DNA of 64,000 nucleotides, taken from Dipteris shenzhenensis (Eukaryota). A program made the position numbers and the translations under genes. Within the stretch, counting starts at the first letter, position 1, and each line of letters starts with the position of its first letter. The DNA lies in the NCBI GenBank assembly GCA_047967505.1, contig CM106538.1; one strand, written 5' to 3'. Shown here in pieces: positions 38,401-51,299 of the stretch. A model generated the notes under the pieces. The model saw nothing but the letters and a program-made list of their open reading frames with translations, searched no databases and had not been told where the DNA came from.

Positions 38401-38562
38401 TGAAAGTTTTTATCCATTACATGCATCATCTCATATCATCTTATATTTGTTGGCAGATTTGAACCTTTGAATCCAAAGGCTCGGGTGATATACTTACCCC
38501 ACCCCAGGCCTGCTGACGGTTGCCCAAGTCAAGTTAGGAGAAGAAACCCCATAGTAGGTTGA
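29405..38562 (+). CDS. KAO: Cytochrome P450 CYP88A-type ent-kaurenoic acid oxidase, about 486 aa; exons 29405-29637, 31938-32265, 32352-32501, 37249-37497, 37684-37770, 37858-37936, 38037-38143, 38241-38362, 38457-38562
   Basis: 1461-nt open spliced frame; membrane anchor, LPPGNMGWP, GVYKAFMFG, I-helix MYLNAGHESS, ETLR, FDPDRW, heme motif FGAGSRLCPG, C-terminal YLPHPRP; an alternative in-frame ATG lies at 29324. Confidence 0.9.
29823..31769 (-). mobile_element. Small non-autonomous LTR element (TRIM/LARD-like) in KAO intron 1
   Basis: 165-bp TG...CA LTRs at 29823-29987 and 31605-31769 (6 differences); TSD ATTAC; PBS TGGTATCAGAG and PPT on the - strand. Confidence 0.95.
34816..36936 (-). mobile_element. 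Gag-only LTR element (TR-GAG-like) nested in the LTR of the previous element
   Basis: LTRs 34816-35090 and 36680-36936; TSD CAGAG; PBS TGGTATCAGAGC; IDRFDGQNFHTWK and zinc knuckle CFYCGKYGHFARNC; no pol sequence. Confidence 0.92.
35960..36282. repeat. Three tandem ~100-115 bp units inside the gag
   Basis: GCTATTGG...CCCCTTCAAATTGCATT...GAGAGCTGCAAGCGTGTCC occurs three times. Confidence 0.9.
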
Positions 38563-40736
38563 CCAATGAAACCCAAAAATGCTAAGCATTGTTGATTAGT
38601 AGTAATATTGCAGAGATGTATCACCTTTCCACCCTTAATCTATCCATGGTCAAGCACCCGCAAGAGGGTTTATGAAGCTTGAACAAAACTCAGCACAAGC
38701 TCCCTCATTGCATAGCACATATATTGAACTAGCCCTCGAGTGCCTTCTCTTGAGAAGTCCATGCATATTTATGGATTTGACACTATGGCAATACATATAT
38801 ATTCATTCCCTTGGACATGAACCCATGTCTAACTCTCATTTTCTTCTTCCCCTAGATTAGGGGAGATTTAAGGGTCTCAAAAGGGCCTCCAATTAGTGTT
38901 TCCTAATTTCAAGGGATTAGAGAGGGATTTGAAGTGTACCAATGAGAGTGCTAGACACAACAAGACAACGCACTCACAGACGTACACACAGACATGTTTC
39001 TTTAACTTTAAAAAAAACTTACGGGCACGTCTATTTATGCGTCTACAGACCCGCATCATTGGTGCATCTATATAACAGATAGACACGCCTATAGACGCGC
39101 AAATAGATGCTCAGCTAAAAATTAAAAAAAAACAGAGAGATGCATACATAGACACGCTTATAGGCACTCTACAAAATATTTTTTGTTAATAAAAGTATAA
39201 TTTTATGTGGTTGAATAGAATGTTGTGTATGTTGTGTATGCTATGTAATTACAAGAATCCCATTTCCACATTGTGTAATTCAATTCTTACAGCTAACCGC
39301 ATTTTAACTAGCACGATTGGAAGCACGTCTATAGCCAACGATTACAATTCCGAATAAAACATTACAACTCCAAAATGTTTAGTTCATAAGGAATTCATTG
39401 ATAGAACATTGCATTAAAAAATTGAAAGCCAAAACAATAAAAGGAGTGTATATTAATTCATAGCTCAAAAAGTGCTTGTATGTACATATAGCACGAAGCC
39501 AAGCCACATCCTATGGCTTTAAGTACAAAAAATAAGAGGAATATATATACAAGAAAGGTACAAAGCCAAGCCAGTGGCTTCAAGTACAAAAAAGAGTAGC
39601 TGGCACTACTTCTATGACTAATCTAAGTTCTTTGTGTCCTCGCTCCCTTCTTTGCTTCCTTCTTTGCTCCCTTCTTCGCTCCCTTCTTTCTCATCTTCTT
39701 TCTCTTGATCAACCACAGGACCCTGTAAACGAGGGACAACATGTATCAATGTGTGAAAAATCAAATCTTAATATTAACATTATTTAACTACTTTTAAATA
39801 CCTAGGGAGCACTCTAGTAGTCCAGATATACTACTCCTCAGTAATCAACCCGTCATCATAGAAGTGCATGCCTCCATGTATCTCCTCTATGATGGTGGCA
39901 GTGGTAGGTTGTCTCGATAGGAGTAGGGTACATGCCCATGATATCAAGCTACAAGATAACACAATTTGCAGAGGGGTTAGTACAAAGAAACAACCTCCTA
40001 ATAAACTATATAAATAATATAATCTGAGATCGATACTTATGAATTGGGCCTCCCATGATTCAACAATCCCTGCTTCAAAATGCATGCTTTCATATTGCTC
40101 CATTTGGATCCTTCATGCCTCCACGTGCTGCAGACTGGGGTCCGCCTTCGCTGCCTTCATTGCTTTCTTCCACTCATGCTTGTGAGTAGTGTGGGGATGG
40201 CCCCTTGGTGGTTGAGCTCCCTCGAGCCTGGCAATCTCCTCGCAATCTCGGCTAGTGCATGCCTCTTAAGCGAAGATCTTTCACAACAACACAAAGCAAC
40301 TATAGATGCACTTGGTAGACGCGCAAAATAACGGGCGCGTCTATAGGCGCTGCTTTAGTAGAGGAATTATGGGCGCGTTTAAAAGCGCGTCTAACAACTC
40401 GTCTATTTACGCGTGTATTGACACGTCTATTTGCACGTGTAAACTGTGAAAATACGAGCCCGTCTAACATCGCATTTACTAGCGCATCTATTTGCGTGTG
40501 TATTAACGCGTTTATTTACGTGTTTACATTGAGACTTAGACGCGCATTTAGACGTGTAGATAGACGCAAACTAGAGAATACAGAAAGTGAGATTTTTGTG
40601 TACATCATTTCTTTTCGAACATTGTCCATGATTACCAAAGCACATAATTTTTTGCAAGCCCACATATACAAGAATTAAGTGAGATGAGGAGAATGAGACA
40701 ATCTGTAAAATAGTTTTGCCAATATCAATTATGGGG

Positions 40737-43673
40737 CTATGGTTCAATCTCATCCTCAATGAGATCAACCCTTGCCAAACTATCTACTTCAAAATCCAAA
40801 CAAGTGTTTAGATCTACAAACACATTCAACCCACTACTACTTGTACCACTCATGTGCTCATCGAAATCAGCATCTCGAATGGTAGGCTCGTCCTCACGGG
40901 TAATGGCCTCAATATCTGTATCTCCTATCTCATGATCATCCTCCTCTCTCGTATCACGGTCATCATCACGTCCATGGCCATGATCATCCTCCATATGCTC
41001 CATATTAGTAAATGTATTATACATCACTTTGGAACGTGGCATAATAGGTATGACATGCCACCATCTATTATTATCCACCATTGGTTGATAGACAACCTAA
41101 TTCAAACACAAATACAATCATTCTATTTTTCTTGCATCAAATATTTAAAAGCGAGTATTTTTATATGTGTGCACAGTACCTGTTCACATTGTTGCAGTAG
41201 TACTAGTGTGTCCTTCCTACTTTGCCAAAACTTTGTGGAGTCAATAGTTACAAAGCCACTTGCATGGTGTTTGATTGTTGCATTAGGGCCTCTTTCCACC
41301 ACGTCCTTAAACCACTTTACATCCAAAACATACACAAAGAAGCGTCGAAAGTTAAGCTTAATAATATCTTGGATTATGCCACAATAATCATCCATGGCTC
41401 CATCGGCTCCCTCAAAGCTAGCAATGACGCCGCAATCTTGTGTGTTTCTCTTATCATCAATCCGTTGTATTCGAAAATGCTTGCCCTCACACCATATAGC
41501 ATTGAACATAGTGCACTACACCAAGAAAACATCAATTAAATAAGCAATCGAAATTATTGAAAGCTCCTAACTTATGCATAACATTCTATATACCGACCTT
41601 GCTCATGCATCCCCTAGCATACTCCCATTCTTCCATTGTGATATGCATCCCCTCGTCTTTCTCTGCTTTCTCCATTTCATCAAGTAGCCAATCCACTTGA
41701 ATATCCTTTGGAAGTGCTCTTAGATACTGAGGGTATGGCACACGAGATCCGTGGTGTGTACGAAAGAGGGCCCTTTCTTCTTGTCTTCTTGCCTTTGCAG
41801 CCTCGTATCTTGTCACCCATCTTTTCATCACATCACTACTAAGCATGCAAAAGAGGTTGATACTATTATGCAACTCCATGTCTATTACTTTGTTGCATCC
41901 TTTCCCTTGAGGCACAATAGAGGTCATCCTTAGGTCTTCATCATCTCTACATAGTCGTGGGAGAGAGCTATCCACATCAACAAGAAACTCAGAAATATAT
42001 ACAAGTGACTCTTGTACCAACCAACCCTCGGCCATGCTACCTTCGGGTCTTGCATTTTGTCTCACGAAGCCCTTCAAGGTCTTTATGAAGCACTCGAGGA
42101 AGAACAATCATCGTGCATGTATAGTACCGCATATAGCAATCTCATCCACCAAATGCACTATAAGATGTAGTTGGCTTGTGAGAATAGAACGTGGAAATGT
42201 CTCCTCCACTAAACAAACCACCTCCACTGACATAACTCCAGCATTCTCAAGCGTGGTGGGATCTATTTCCTTTGAGCTCACATAGCTAGAAATAAAAAAG
42301 TACACCATATTGGCAATATGCATTCAAACTTGCATGGAGCATTGATACGCATCATATTTTGTATCATGTAAAGTACCTCACAAGCTCGCCCATCTTGTAA
42401 ATACAATCTTTCACATCCTTCGATGCACTACGTGAAATGCTAGTAGGTAGTATGAACTGAACCCACGAGAAGGTGGTTGATTAGTTGCTTATAATTATTC
42501 ACTCACACATTTGGAAGGAAAAAGATATTATGCATCAGGGTTTTTGACTTTATGTTTCCCTGGAATTAGAAGGGATAGCATAACATGTCCTTTCTTAATA
42601 GCCATAGAGGGTGGAAGATTATAATTCACCAATATCACTGGCCATACACTGTAAGAGGTGCTTTTGAGACCAAATGGGTTCACACCGTCCATACCCAATC
42701 CAAGTCTCAAGCTCCTAGGTTCTTCCTTGAAGCTTGGCCATGTGTCTTCAATATGCTTCCACGCAGGAGAGTCCGCGGGAGTTCTCCACTTGCCATCGGT
42801 TGATCGATGGGAGGAATGCCATGACATGAGCTCTGCAATAGATTTGCACTTGAACATATGTTGGATGCGAGGGATTATGGGAAAATGTCGCAGAACCTTA
42901 TGAGGCATGTCCAAAGTTTTGAGATCTGCTCTATATCTTGCCTCTCCACAAGTAGGACACTCTCTTGCATCCTTATGTAGTCCACGAAACAAAACGCAAT
43001 CGTTGACACATGCATGGATGTGCTTGTAATCTAATCCTCCAAGAGAGGTCACATGTTGCCTTGCCATATCTCTTGAGGTCGGTATTCTCTCTTGGAAGCA
43101 TTTTACACAATAGCCTACACATGAAGACCATAAATGAGGAAAAGCATTCGAGTAATTGACCCACTAGCATAATTCACCATGTTTGCAAAAGCTTACTTGA
43201 GTAATGCATTCAAACTTGCATTGCTCCATCCATAGATGGTTTGCAAGTTTAGTGACTCAAGGGAGGCATGTAGAATAGAGAATGTGCACCCCTCAAACCG
43301 TGGAGTCAATGCTGTAGATCATCCTGCTCCATGCTATCATCCCTCCCTTGATGGACATATAAATCCCGCACCATATCATCAAACACCTCCTCCTCCACGG
43401 CTTCATGAGGTAATGGCGGAGGGCTACTATCACCATCACTCCATGCATCCATAACGGTCCCTCCTGAAGATCCCACCTCATATCGCCGACACTGTGCCTC
43501 CTCACGGCGAGCATAGGGCAACATATGCGGGTGTGGCACTGCATCTTGTATCAAATTAAAACGAGATCATAACTCAAACATATGAACACCCATAGGTATC
43601 TCAATCAACCTTAACTCTTTAACACTTACCATGTTTATAGCACACATAGATTTGATTTTTTACTCCAACCACA
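40737..43673 (-). pseudogene. Family B tnpD with a central deletion
   Basis: LGMDGVNPF present; jumps from KVKNPD (about 42535) to the intron after the SHDWH exon; stop at HAR*. Confidence 0.85.
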
Positions 43674-44620
43674 TTCCGCGATGGTGGATATGGAGGGATT
43701 CATCCTCACTGGAGCTACTTGTTGAAGATGAAGACATCCTACAAACAAACAACCCAAAAAAATTTGCTCTTCTTCAAATATTTAATTTTAAACTCTGTGG
43801 CACGTCTAAAGGCGCGTCTAAAAGCGCGTCTGTTTGTTTTGTGGTGCATGTCTAAATGCACGTTTAAAACCGCATCTAAAACCATGTCTAAAACCGCGTC
43901 TAGTCTGTGTATAGAGACGCGCCTATAGACACGCTATTAAATATGCTTTTAGCACGCTCGCTTTGCTTTTCTTCACACTTCTTATACTTTGCGCGGCTTG
44001 CTTGTTTCGTTATTAGTTGATCCACAATTTCGACGCTTAAGAGGAGGGCACCTACACTTGCTTCCAAGCTTACACTCAAGAGGAAGGCACCCACACTTAC
44101 TTCCAAGCTTAAAGGAGAGGAGGGCGAATAAGGAGGAGAAACTGCAACTTTGAAAAAGGAGAAGAACCTTCCATACCTCTATTCAAGGTAAGTCTTTTTG
44201 CAGTTGATCTTTTTTGGAAGTTTGCTCTCTTTGGATTTGTACTTTCTCGTATCCAACTCTCTTTGGATTTATACTTTCTCCTATCCAAAAAATGCATGAT
44301 ATGGGTATCAGTGTCACGTTTGAGTGTCGAGCGCAATGTCCTTTTCTACTTTTTAGAAAAGTCTATCTGTTGGAGCGCGTCTAAAGGCGCATCTCAGAGC
44401 GCATCTAAAACCATGTTTACAGGCGCATCTAAATGCGCATCTAGGCTATTTGCAGACACAGACAGTCGCGTCTATAGATGTGCTGTTATACGCAAAAATA
44501 GGCGCGCTAATCAGACGCGTCTATAGACGCGCTTCGACAGTAACCCGATTCTCTCTTCCCTTCCCCTTTCTTCACAGCTCATCAGTAAATATAGATTTTT
44601 TTTCTTTTTTTCAGTTCAAC

Positions 44621-46045
44621 ATGTGGCCAGGAAGCACTTCTAGCTCACCTGATCCCCAGGATTCTATTTGGAAGAACTTATATAACCTTTTAGGGCACCC
44701 TCATAGTCCTGCGGAGTTATATGGGTATATGATGGGTACTCTAAATACTCCCCAGGAGTCGACACTACAGACTCCAAACCACCCCACACCTGCTGAGATC
44801 ACCCCAGTGGAGTCAGCACAGCTGTCTTATGCCCCTTCTTATGCCCCTTCCCCCATGCCATCTTATGCCCCTTCTGCCATTCCGTCTTATGCCCCTTCCC
44901 CCATGCTGTCAGGAGGTCCTTCTGTCTCGCAGAGCCATCAATGTACTCCTGTGCAATCGAGACTCGGTTCTCTAGCTACGAGTGGTCAGCATAGTCCCAT
45001 GCAGTCTCCAGCTATGAGTGGCCAGCGTACGAGCTCGACATGACACAGTAGCAGGCATAGTAGCAGGGAGAACGGCATAGTGCTTTGGGAGGGGTGGCAG
45101 TGGGGACGATGATGATTCAGATGATTTAGATGTGCTTTCGGGTGATGGTACGATATTCTATGACATCACTTAGACAGGAGGCATCTTGATAGATGCACAG
45201 GGGAAGGACATCATGGCCTTCATGCGCTCTGTAATTGCTAACAATTACAGAGATTGCTTTATCCACTTCAAAGACCAGCCAAAGAGATTGGCTGATGAGA
45301 CCCTCGCTGGTGTTCGCTCTAGGTATCCTAACCCCCCCAATCGCCAGTTCATAGATAAATGTGCCAAGTCAAAGATTGTTATGATACTTGGCAATAAAAT
45401 ATCTTCGCTTAAGAGGTAGACACTAGCGGAGCTTGCCAGGCTTGAGGGAGGTCAACCACCAAGGGGCCCACCCCACACCACTCACAAGCATGAGTGGAAG
45501 AAAGCAATGAAGTCAGCGAGGGAGGACCCCAGTCTACAACACGTGGAGGCACGAAGGATCCAGATGGAGGAATATGGAAGGGCGCATTTTGGAGCAGGGG
45601 GTGTTGAATCATGGGAGGCCCAATTTGTAAGTATCGATCTCAAATTATATTGCTTATGTAGTTTATTAGGAGGTTGTTTCTTTGTACTAATCCCTCCGCA
45701 AAGTGTGTCGTCTTGCAGCTTGAGATCGTGGGTAGATACCCTACTCCTGTGGAGACAGCCTACCACTCCCACTATCATAGAGAAGATACATGGAGGCACT
45801 TCTATGATGACGGGTTGATTACTAAGGAGCAGTATACCCGAGCTACTGGAGCGGCCCCCGAGGTATTTGAAAGTAATTAAAGAATGCCAAAATTATAAGT
45901 AAAGATTTGATTTTTCATACATTGATATATGTTGTCCCTTGTTTACAGGCCTGTGCACAAGACGACGAGGAAGACGAGGAAGGAGGCGCAGAAGGGAGCG
46001 CAGAAGGGAGCGTAGAAGGGAGTGTGGAAGGTAGCGAGGATTAGT
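44621..46045 (+). pseudogene. Family B ORF2, degenerate
   Basis: MWPGSTSS..., GKDIMAFMRS...RYPNPPN...HFGAGGVESWEAQF, acidic tail; internal stops. Confidence 0.75.
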
Positions 46046-47199
46046 CGTAGAAGTAGCGCTAGCTACTCTTTTTTGTACTTAAAGCCATTGGCTTGGCTTC
46101 ATGCCTCTTGTATATACACTCCTCTTATTTTTTGTACTTGAAGCCACATGACGTGGCTTAGCTTCCTTATTTTTTGTACTTGAAGCCACATGACGTGGCT
46201 TAACTTTGTGCTATATGTACATACAAGCACTTTTTGAGCTTTCAATTTTATTGCGTTTTGAGTTGTAATGTTTTATTTGGAATTGTAATTAAAATGTGGT
46301 TGGCTGTAAGAATTGAATTACACAATGTGGATATGGGATTCTTGTAACTATATAGCATACACAACATACACAACATTCTGTAAATTTTAAAAAAAATATT
46401 ATAAAGCGCGTCTATCAGTGCGTCTATAAACGCGTCTATATACGCGTCTGTCTGTTCAACAAGTGTTTATTTTTGCGTCTATAAACGCATTTATAAGCGC
46501 ATCTATTTAGGCATCTACATGTGCATCTATAAGCGCGTGTGTCTGCTATATAGATGTGCTGGTAGATGTGGGTCTCCAGATGCAAAAATAGACACGCCCA
46601 TAAGTTTTTTATTTAGTTCAATAAATGCATCTGTGTGCGCGTCTATGGGTGCTTTGTCTTGTTGTGTTTTATTGCCAAGTATTGTAATAATCTTTGACTT
46701 GGCCCATTTATTTGTGAACTAAACATTGGGGTGATTGGGATACCTAGAGCGAACAGCAGTGAGGGTCTCATCAGCCAACTTTTTTGGATGGTCTTTGTAA
46801 TGAATAAAGCAATCTCTATAATTGTTAGCAATTATAGAGCGCATGAAGGCCATGATGTCCTTCCCCCGTGCATCCATCAAGATGCCTCCTGTCTGAGTGA
46901 TGTCATAGAAGATTGTACCATCACCCTTTGGCATCATTTGCATCATCCCCATCCCCACCACTACCCCCCACAAAGCACTATGCCATGCATCCCCCACCGC
47001 TCTCCCTGCTACTATGCTTGCTATCGCAGTGAAATGATTACAAGTTGCATCTGGGAGACCTTCCTTGAAACTGAGCATGCAGCCCCAATTCATTGAGCCT
47101 TCGTAAGGCTTTCAAGCATAGAACACCATCACATAACTGCACTTAACCCATAGGCTCAATCCAAAGGCATTCTCTTTTCTGAGTGCAATTCCATTGGCT

Positions 47200-47412
47200 G
47201 TCCAGAGTGCCTTCTTCAGTTTACAAACTTTACCTTCTGAACCGGGGATCACAAAACCTAGTGGTTGTTCCACGTATACCTCCTCCTTGAGATCTCCATT
47301 CAGAAAGGTAGATTTTACATCCATCTGAAACATGGGCCAACTTCCCTAGGCAGCTAAAGCCAAAACATTGTGAATTGTGGTTAGTTGAGCTGTGGGAGCA
47401 AAAGTATCCTGA
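47200..47412 (-). pseudogene. Copia reverse transcriptase fragment
   Basis: [23 protein letters not shown]...VCKLKKAL. Confidence 0.85.
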
Positions 47413-47839
47413 AAAGCCATTAAGAACCTCTTTAAAGTTATGACACATCTTCAAAGGTATTGAAAACTACTTCAAAACTATTGGGCATCACTTCAAAGCT
47501 ATTGATGGTGGCCACTTTAAAGCTATAGTCACCGTTTTAAATCTATGGGATTGCTTTAAAGTTATAGCTCACCGCTTCAAAGCTTCTTCCACACATGCAA
47601 ATGATTTTCTTGAAGCATTTAATGAACCATGTGTGGCATCCACAATCTGAGCTTCATGGCCATACATGTTAATGCAAGTGGTGTCACCAAGGAGGGGCAA
47701 GCACTTGCTCATCATTGCAGCAACTATACAAGAAGGTGACAAAAATATGGGAGTCTATACGTGCAAAGGTGGATGGATGTATATTTTACAAGTTTGCGTG
47801 CATGTTTTGAACCTGTCCAAAATACGGTGTGTCGAGCTC

Positions 47840-48415
47840 CTCCACCACCTCCCCACCCAGGTACTCCCTCCCTCCCTCCCTTCCCCTCTCCTCCCTCCCC
47901 TCCCTCCCCCTCTCCTCCTGCTTTCCATCCCCTCTCCTCCCTCCCTTCCCTTTCCCTCTCCTCCCGCTTCCCATCCCCTCTCCTCCCACTTCCTTTCTCC
48001 TCTCCCTTCCCCTCTCCTCCTGCTTTCCCCTCCCCTCCCTTCCCTTCTCCTCCCTTCCTCCCTCCCCTCCCTTCCCCTCCCCTCCCCCCTCCCTTCCCCT
48101 TGCCTCGCTTCCCCCCTCCACTCCCTTCCCCTCTCCTCCCTTCCTCCCTCCCCTCCCTTCCCCTCTCCTCCCGCTTCCCCCCTGTGATGATGAATCCTCT
48201 CCCTCCCTCCCCTTCCCCTTCGATACGACTTTCTTTTTGGGGGGGAGCAGGGAGGCGGTGAGGCGGGGAGTAGGTAGGCGGAGGAGAGGTAGAGGGGAAG
48301 GCGGGAGGTGGGGAGGCGGAGGAGGTGGAGGCGAGGAAGGAGGTGGAGGAGAGGGGGGAGGCGGGAGGCGAGAGGCAAAGGAGAGGAGGCAAGGAGGCGG
48401 AGGAGAGGAGGGATG
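47840..48415. repeat. C/T-rich tract followed by a G/A-rich tract
   Basis: CCCTCCCCTT-type low complexity to about 48220, then GGAGG-type from about 48240. Confidence 0.9.
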
Positions 48416-48479
48416 CAAAGGAGAGCCATGACAAATTTTTGGTAGCAAGGCCTGATGGATCTTGTGGGTTGTGACCACA

Positions 48480-49750
48480 AAAAACATAAAGAATTTGAAT
48501 TGGGAACAGCTTCATAGTTCCACTTAATTTCCATGTTCACATCTCCTACCTTTATCTCCCAAAATACACGAGCACGCTCCCTTTGTTTGGATGCGTAAGA
48601 GGCTACAGCTCCCTCAGTTAAGTTGGCCTGCAGAAAGCAACATTGCTTGCACACCTTACAATAGCACCGTCTTTCTTTAGATGTTCATGCGTTAAAGTTC
48701 TTTTAATAATAGCCCTTGCTCCATCGTGCTCTCCTTTGCCATTCCCACTTGCAAAGATGTTCCAAGTCATTTCCATGCCTGTCATTTCGCCATACCTAGC
48801 TACAAAATAGAAGGGCCTGCAAGCCTTGAATTGGGAAGCAGACCCATTAGAACAAACCCAATGCTGTTTCAATGCAACTCCTTGTTCTTCAACCACATCT
48901 CATGTAACACAAAACAATGTTGTACAAATAATGTGTCATGCTGCCTATCACCTGAAATGAAGAAGTGCACTTTTAATAATTTTTCCTGCCTTACAGTAGT
49001 AAGTTATTTGAACAAAAATTCAGACTTGTACTGAATGCCAGTGCATTGACTGAATCTCATTCTATTCTTTGAAAGCATAATTTTCTGTACGAAGTCTACA
49101 ACTGAGACAACCACATCATTAGGGAATTTGAGAATATATTCCTTGAATTGAAGCACTTAACATTGAGCTATGTAGTTGTGTTTGATAAAGTGCTTCATTT
49201 TACTTTTCAAGAAGTGCAAAAACTCCCAACATTGCACGTCTTTGTTCACAAGATCTTTCCTCTTCTTCTTGTTTCCATGCTTGGCTACAATACCCACATA
49301 CTCAAATACTTTCATAGTGATATTTTTCCCTTGCTTCATTGTATCTAAGGGACAAGATGCCAACTTCTTCATGCCACAATCCTTGCATTCATCCATTAAG
49401 CACTTCCTACAATGGAAGGTTGCATCAGTCTGTGTTGGACAAATCAATGACTCCCATAAATGAGTGATGCCTTTGTAAGTGTGCAGAGTAGATGAACATA
49501 TGTTGCTTGTGTCATCACTAGTACAGACAATGCATTTGCATTGACATTTCAAATGAATGCCAAACTTTTTATTGCGCGTCGCATTCACCGCATCTTTCAA
49601 AAAGGACATCTGCACATGGTATACACAGCAACAATAGGTGTTGCAGTCCTTTAACTTGCACACAAATAGAGACTTCAAATATTTAAATGATTGCAATTGA
49701 ATCCTGAACTCTAGGTTTTTTTTGTTTAAATCGATGAAAGAGCTCAACCT
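48480..49750 (-). pseudogene. Sola2-like DDD transposase, degenerate
   Basis: Cys-rich region, then VVDF/ENYAFKE*NEIQSMHW (frameshifted), SNGSASQFK and WNIFASGNGKGEHDG; superfamily assigned from recalled motifs. Confidence 0.65.
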
Positions 49751-51002
49751 TCCATCAAAAGAAAGTTGCGTGTTAGCAATCGTAGGTGTTGATGACCAAT
49801 CGTAAGTGCTGACAGGTAGTGGAGGTGCTAACAGGCAATGCAGGTTGTAACAAGTAGTGTAGGTGCTAATTAAAATAGGTAGTAGGTGCGACAACAAGCA
49901 TTGTAGATGCTAATAGGAATTCCAGGTGCTAAGAGGCATAGCAAGTGCTAATTAGCATAATTATTAGGTGGAATAATATGCATTGCATGTGCTAACTAAC
50001 ATCTGGTAGTGGTATATGAAAGTGTTAATATTCATTGCAAACTAGAAGCATCTATTGCCAGCACATGCTATTGAGCACATGCAATTATTATTAGCACATG
50101 CATGTTGTTTCATGCTATCAAGCACATGCAATTGTTATTATCACATGCATGTTATTGCGTGTGCTAACAAGTACATGCAATTACAAGCATTGCATGTGCT
50201 AACTAGGATCTGGCAGTGGTAGATGAAAGTGCTAATAATCATTGCACTTGTGCTAACAAGGATGTAAGGTGCTAATAAGCATTGCAGGTGCTAGCAACCA
50301 CAAGTGGTGCTAATAGGAAGTATAGGTGCTATAAGCAGCATATGGAAGTATCAATCACACCAACATAGGTGACACCTAACTGATGAGTCACCTGACACAC
50401 CTACCATGGTGCTCTCACTAGCACTCACACCATGTCCTACACAAGCACTGTCACAAGTCTAGCACACACATACCACATGACCATGTCCATAAGTGTGTCC
50501 CGTAAACATTAATTTATCCAACACTTTTTGCATTAGCTTACAGAGATTTCGGATGCAAACATCAAGGTTGCAGAATATAAGAGAGCCCAAGATATTTATG
50601 GAAAAGCTGGATTCAAGTTATGATCAGGTGACTACATATCGTGAGCATACTTACCAAAGCTTCAAGAAAGCTTGATTGCAAGGAGATACTGACATGTGGT
50701 CTGAAAATGATTCATGTCGTTGGAGAGAGAGCGAGTCCACATGAGAGAATACTCCGACTCAACAAGGATTCTTGGTAATGGAGTAGGCATGAGGAAGCTT
50801 GTGGCTATTTGTGAGTTTATATGAGAGAGAGGCAGTCCAGGCACACTGCAATGTCACCTGCAATAGCAGTAGAGTGAGTGAGAGGGAGGACAATAGTTTC
50901 TAGAAATGGAACAAGCAAGAGGAAGATTGCACCTCTATTAGAGAGAGAGCTAGTGATGGAGTAGGCAGGATGAAGACTGCACGTCTGTACATGAGAGAGT
51001 GA

Positions 51003-51008
<6 letters not shown>

Positions 51009-51056
<48 letters not shown>
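51009..51056. repeat. (GA)n microsatellite
   Basis: Uninterrupted GA run. Confidence 0.98.
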
Positions 51057-51063
<7 letters not shown>

Positions 51064-51299
51064 CATGTAACTGAAATTCTAATTCAAAAGATAGATACAC
51101 TCCATGTATGGGCTAAGTGTAATTGCCAGTTAACATTATGCTCACTTACAAACAAAGCCAAAACATGCTATTCAATTGTGCTTCTTAGCATTGTACATGG
51201 ACATGCTTTTTTGAGCGGGTTAACGTGCTTCCACCCAGGGGAGTAGGCTAGTGGGTTTGTGATCTGAAAGGGACTCCTAACTGCATGGGAGAAGGTTGG

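Larger units (their letters stand above)
40282..46666 (-). mobile_element. Family B (CACAA) copy 3 with both ends, internally deleted, nested antiparallel
   Basis: TIRs CACAACAACACAAAGCA / CACAACAAGACAAAGCA (16 of 17 match); TSD TTT (3+4 T here versus 4 T at the empty site near 2849). Confidence 0.93.
38956..47030 (+). mobile_element. Family B (CACAA) copy 2, outer element, truncated
   Basis: Starts CACAACAAGACAACGCA; colinear with 1251-3200; ORF2 remnant on - resumes at 46670. Confidence 0.85.

Noticed and set aside
47666-48654. Long Pro-rich and Gly/Arg/Glu-rich ORFs
   Set aside because: Stop-free low-complexity tract, open in all six frames.
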